Source of the DNA: Felis catus
Lineage: Eukaryota
Assembly: GCF_018350175.1 (NCBI RefSeq)
Contig: NC_058381.1
Span: 41,106,001 to 41,170,000, forward strand
DNA: 64,000 nt
Direction of reading: 5' to 3'
Each line of letters begins with the position of its first letter. Position 1 is the first letter of the stretch. A program made the translations under genes and the position numbers. The notes beneath the pieces are model-generated. The model was given only the letters and a program-made list of their open reading frames with translations. It had not been told where the DNA came from and searched no databases. Shown one piece after another: positions 60,337-64,000 of the stretch.

Positions 60337-63182
60337 TCAGTGGCTCCTGGAACTGGCAGGGTCCAGCTGATTCAGCTCTGACTGGTCCAGAAGTTCAAAG
60401 TCATCCCCCTCAGCATCAGTGTCCAGGTCTGAACTAGGGGCCCGAAGGAAGCCTCTTGTTGCTCTCCGGGGAGGTGGGCCAGAAGGGCCTGGCTGGGAGG
60501 CCCCTGACAGGGCCAGGTGAATCATCCCCTGGGAGACCAGGCTGGCAAGGTTGCTGGTGAGGTTGGATCCTGCAGGCAGGGCACCAAGCAGGAGCTCCGG
60601 CAGTACAGCCTCGTCCTGGCTGGCAGGAGGGTTCTGGAGCTCCTCAGCTCCTGGTGGGGAACGGTACATCAAGCTGGGCATCCCAATGCTGGTATCGTCC
60701 TCATCATCCAGGCCAGCAGGATCCACATTAATGGAAGGGAAGTCTGGAAGGTCTCTGGCAAAGGATTCTTCTGGATCACTGTGACCATCTAGGTCTGGGA
60801 GAACAGAGGGGTGTCTGAGACATGGCAACAACCTGGCACTCCTGTGCCCCAGCCCCACAAAGTCAGCCCCATGTAACCCGATTTTTCTACCCTGTATTTC
60901 TCAGGGTGAAGCAAAACCTATAGCACTGGTTGGCCTTTCCCCTCCACTTACAGACTGCTATGATCTCTACTGACCAAAGAACTCCCTCCCCTTCCTCCAG
61001 TATGCTCCATATGAGCCTAGAAACCTGAGGCTACTAAGGGAGGATTTCAAGGAGAGCAGCAGTACCATTCTGGCTGTAGCCATTTGCCAAAGCTGTTCTG
61101 CCACCTGATCCACACCTCAGAGAGGAGGGGGCAGTATCCCCTTCTGCCCAGGGAAGCTAAGTGGCAACAGTCAGAGTCATTATCAACTTGGGTCCAAGGT
61201 TCCCCTCACCTTCAGAGCCTTCTGTTAGAGGTGTCTGGCCCCGTGAAAGATTGAATGTGCCATTGTCTGTACAGGAGACCTCAGCATCCGAGTGCTCGGA
61301 GTCTGTGATGGCCAATTCCCTGGCAACAGTAGAATCATCCAGCTTAGGAAAGAAAAGACCAACAAGCCTGAAGAGAGAATGCCATTAGGAAAAGGTGCAG
61401 TTCCCCAGTTATAGCTCTACTAATTAGCCAGCCCTAAAGGCTACCCTAAAGCCAGCAGTGCAATCAGGCACAATAGGGACTTCAGGCAATATCTTTACCC
61501 CTTTTAGGCTGCTCCCCCAAGGAAAACACCCTTATTTATCAATCTTGAGCGTAAGAAGGAAAGTAGTGTGGGGAGCCAACCAGCCACTTACTCTTAAGCA
61601 AATAACTGATCCAGAGATAACTTTTCACAGGTGGCCAGGAAGATACATTGCCCAACACAAGGTGGGCTGGGCTGTTTAAAAGATGATCACGCCAGTTCCA
61701 GAAGTTCTGCCATGATGGTAGGGGTTAAAAGGAGACACGGAAGAGGGTGTGCTGGTCACCAGGCTCAAACTAGGATCTATGCACACAGTCCCAATAGAAC
61801 ACTAGCTTCTCTCCTCACTGTTCTTTGGGGCAAGGGGAGGGTGGGGCCTTGAAGCACCCATAATGAACTTGAAAACCTAGTCACTGCCTAAACATGAGCT
61901 GCCATACAGTTAAAGGGGGCTAACTGGCCAGTGGTGCGCCTTCCACACCCAAGATACCTGAGGACAGAAAGCAGCAAGCTCCTCTTCGCTGTCACTGTGG
62001 TTGTCCATTGCACGCTCTGGGTGTAGAGCTCTGCGGCGCACTATGTGGAAAGAGCAGAAGGCCTTGATGCCTTCCCTTAAGAGGAAACCCCCACCCGCCC
62101 TGGACTTCAAAGACATAAAATCAGAACAGAACAGAATGAATCCTCTGAATATATCCTGAAGCCCCCATCACAATGCCTGAGGGTGGGGGTTGCTGAGCCT
62201 AAGTAACAAGGTAAGCTGATAACTGGGGAGAGAAAGATCTCTCTTCCATTGCCTCTCCTCCACCAGCCCCTCCACACTTTTGTTCTGATCAGATGATCAA
62301 GAAGTCGCAGGATCAGCTAGGGGCAGACAGGATGTCAAGGTGGAAAGTGGAGGCTGTCATAGAGAGGGCAAAGGGAGATGCTCCACCTTGGTTAAATTAG
62401 GCTTTTGAGGACTGATACCATTTAGCTGGCTGTGCCAGGGGGTGTTGGGCCTTGATGACCTTGTGTGTGCAGGGCTCTCTGAAGGCTAGGGCTTAATGAA
62501 ATATCTAACCTGACCAGCCCACAGGAGGGAGGAAAAAGTTCACGGAACTGTCATTCATGTGTTGGAGGATCTTGGATCTTCTGGCTTCTCAGGCAGCATG
62601 AATCACCTTTGGAAAGCAGCTTTCAGTAGTAAAAAGAGGCCTGGCTTAGAGGTTGCCATTTACTAACTGTGAAGTTCAATTTCTTTTCTCAAGGTTGTCA
62701 AGGTTAAATAAGACATGTATGCAGAGCTGCCAGCACAGTGCTCGGGCACAGGGAAAGTACTTCCTAAAAAGCAACAAACACTAGGGATACCTTCGCTGTC
62801 TGACTTTTAGTCAATTTGGAAGAGCCTTCCCCAGATTTGTTTAAAATGGGAGTGTCCAGAATTCTAAGTGGGAAAATTGGTAAGCCCGCACAGACTTCCC
62901 GGAATAAAATATTACTTTTACCTACCACCACCCCCTACACACCAACCACACCTCACTCACTTCTCCAACTTCTGAGGACTCACAGCCTTCTCCTTGTCTT
63001 CCCCAAATTGCCCAAGTGGAAAGAAGCCTCCCCTTGACACTTACATTGTCTCTCTCTCTGCTTCGACATCATGTAGCCACGGACACTGAAATCTAGCCGC
63101 TGCAGAGCTGGCTTCAGCCGTACATATGCTCGATCCCACAGTCGGTGGTACACAGCAAGGGGCCACATCATGACAGTGACAA
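60337..63182 (-). CDS. RETREG3: Reticulophagy regulator 3 (FAM134C), last four coding exons; gene continues beyond the window
   Basis: complement exons 63045-63182 (VMMWPLAVYHRLWDRAYVRLKPALQRLDFSVRGYMMSKQRERQ), 61958-62040, 61210-61342, 60337-60794. C-terminal LIR motif DDFELL at 60388-60405. Confidence 0.96.
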
Positions 63183-64000
63183 CTGAGAGAAGGAGTGGGA
63201 AACAGCGGCAAGGTGGAGAAGGGGCTGTACGGAACAGTCCTTACTGTCCTTCTGTCACTGTGCCCTCTGGACACTCAGTGGGAAACAGTTCTGTTTCATT
63301 CTGCTGGTCATCCATCTTTACTAGGCTCCCCCACTACATGAGGGGGTTTGGGGGGGCAGAGACTTCTGCAGCCACCTACGTGGCTGTGCACAGCAGAGTG
63401 TGCTGCCGATACATTAAGAACAGAACCAGGCAGTGTGGTCACATGCATACAGGTGTCACTGAGCCATACAAAAGGCTAACTGGTAACAATGCCTCAGAAA
63501 CTAGACACCAAATCATGTGAGCTTCTGGCCACAACCATAACTACTCAGTTCTTCCAGCCCCACACAGAGTTCAGGCCAACAGGAAGTAACTAAATTTAAA
63601 AAACTGTGCTCCAGAAGAAAAAAAAGTGCTCCAGAATAAGCAGAATCTAGTAGAGAAACCTCTAAGAATTGTGTTCTGCTATTACACAGTATTCGGACTC
63701 TAAAAATTTCCTCCTAAATAGGAACAGACAGTCTTTATAGTTGGTAATACAACATAGGTTAGTGAACCCTCAATGATTTCTAAAGCTGACTTAGTAAGAA
63801 AAGCACTTTATGTGTGGGGAGCCTGTTATAGATAAGAAGAAAGATACTTTCATGACACCAAACAGGTTATGAAAATATAAAAAGATCATTTCCTGGAGAA
63901 CCAAAATATAAAAGTCCTCTTTCTAGACCTAGAGTTAGCTGTGGCTGGAAAAGCTAGCAGGGTAAGCTCAGGGGAAGGTTATGTGCCATACTTACGTATT

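Noticed and set aside
63990-64000. CTTAC at the window end as the donor of the next RETREG3 exon
   Set aside because: The adjacent bases do not match the expected coding sequence or phase, so the exon probably lies outside the window.

Overview
Mammalian genomic DNA. The abundant tRNA-derived CAN-SINEs of the SINEC_Fc type point to a feliform carnivoran, probably a felid. The window is syntenic with human 17q21.2 and carries, in order: the 3' part of ATP6V0A1 (+), an RPSA processed pseudogene (+), NAGLU (+), HSD17B1 (+), COASY (+), MLX (+), PSMC3IP/HOP2 (-) and the 3' part of RETREG3/FAM134C (-). I read exon boundaries by hand from splice signals and translation. The joined lengths are in frame: NAGLU 743 aa, HSD17B1 310 aa, COASY 560 aa, MLX 244/298 aa, PSMC3IP 217 aa. 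Two N-gaps fall where two ATP6V0A1 exons are expected. I see no wholly new gene system. The most interesting signals are: (1) a splicing hotspot in one ATP6V0A1 loop, with a 75-nt in-frame cassette exon, an 18-nt microexon and a candidate poison acceptor; (2) an RPSA retrocopy that keeps its 5'TOP and a 207-codon open frame despite several indels; (3) a CoASy-beta-like start codon reduced to a uORF; (4) a truncated U2 snRNA retro-fragment; (5) a solo LTR with a perfect TSD; (6) about 0.9 kb of predicted antisense overlap between the MLX and PSMC3IP 3'UTRs. Gene names, repeat family names and human comparisons come from recall, not from database searches.
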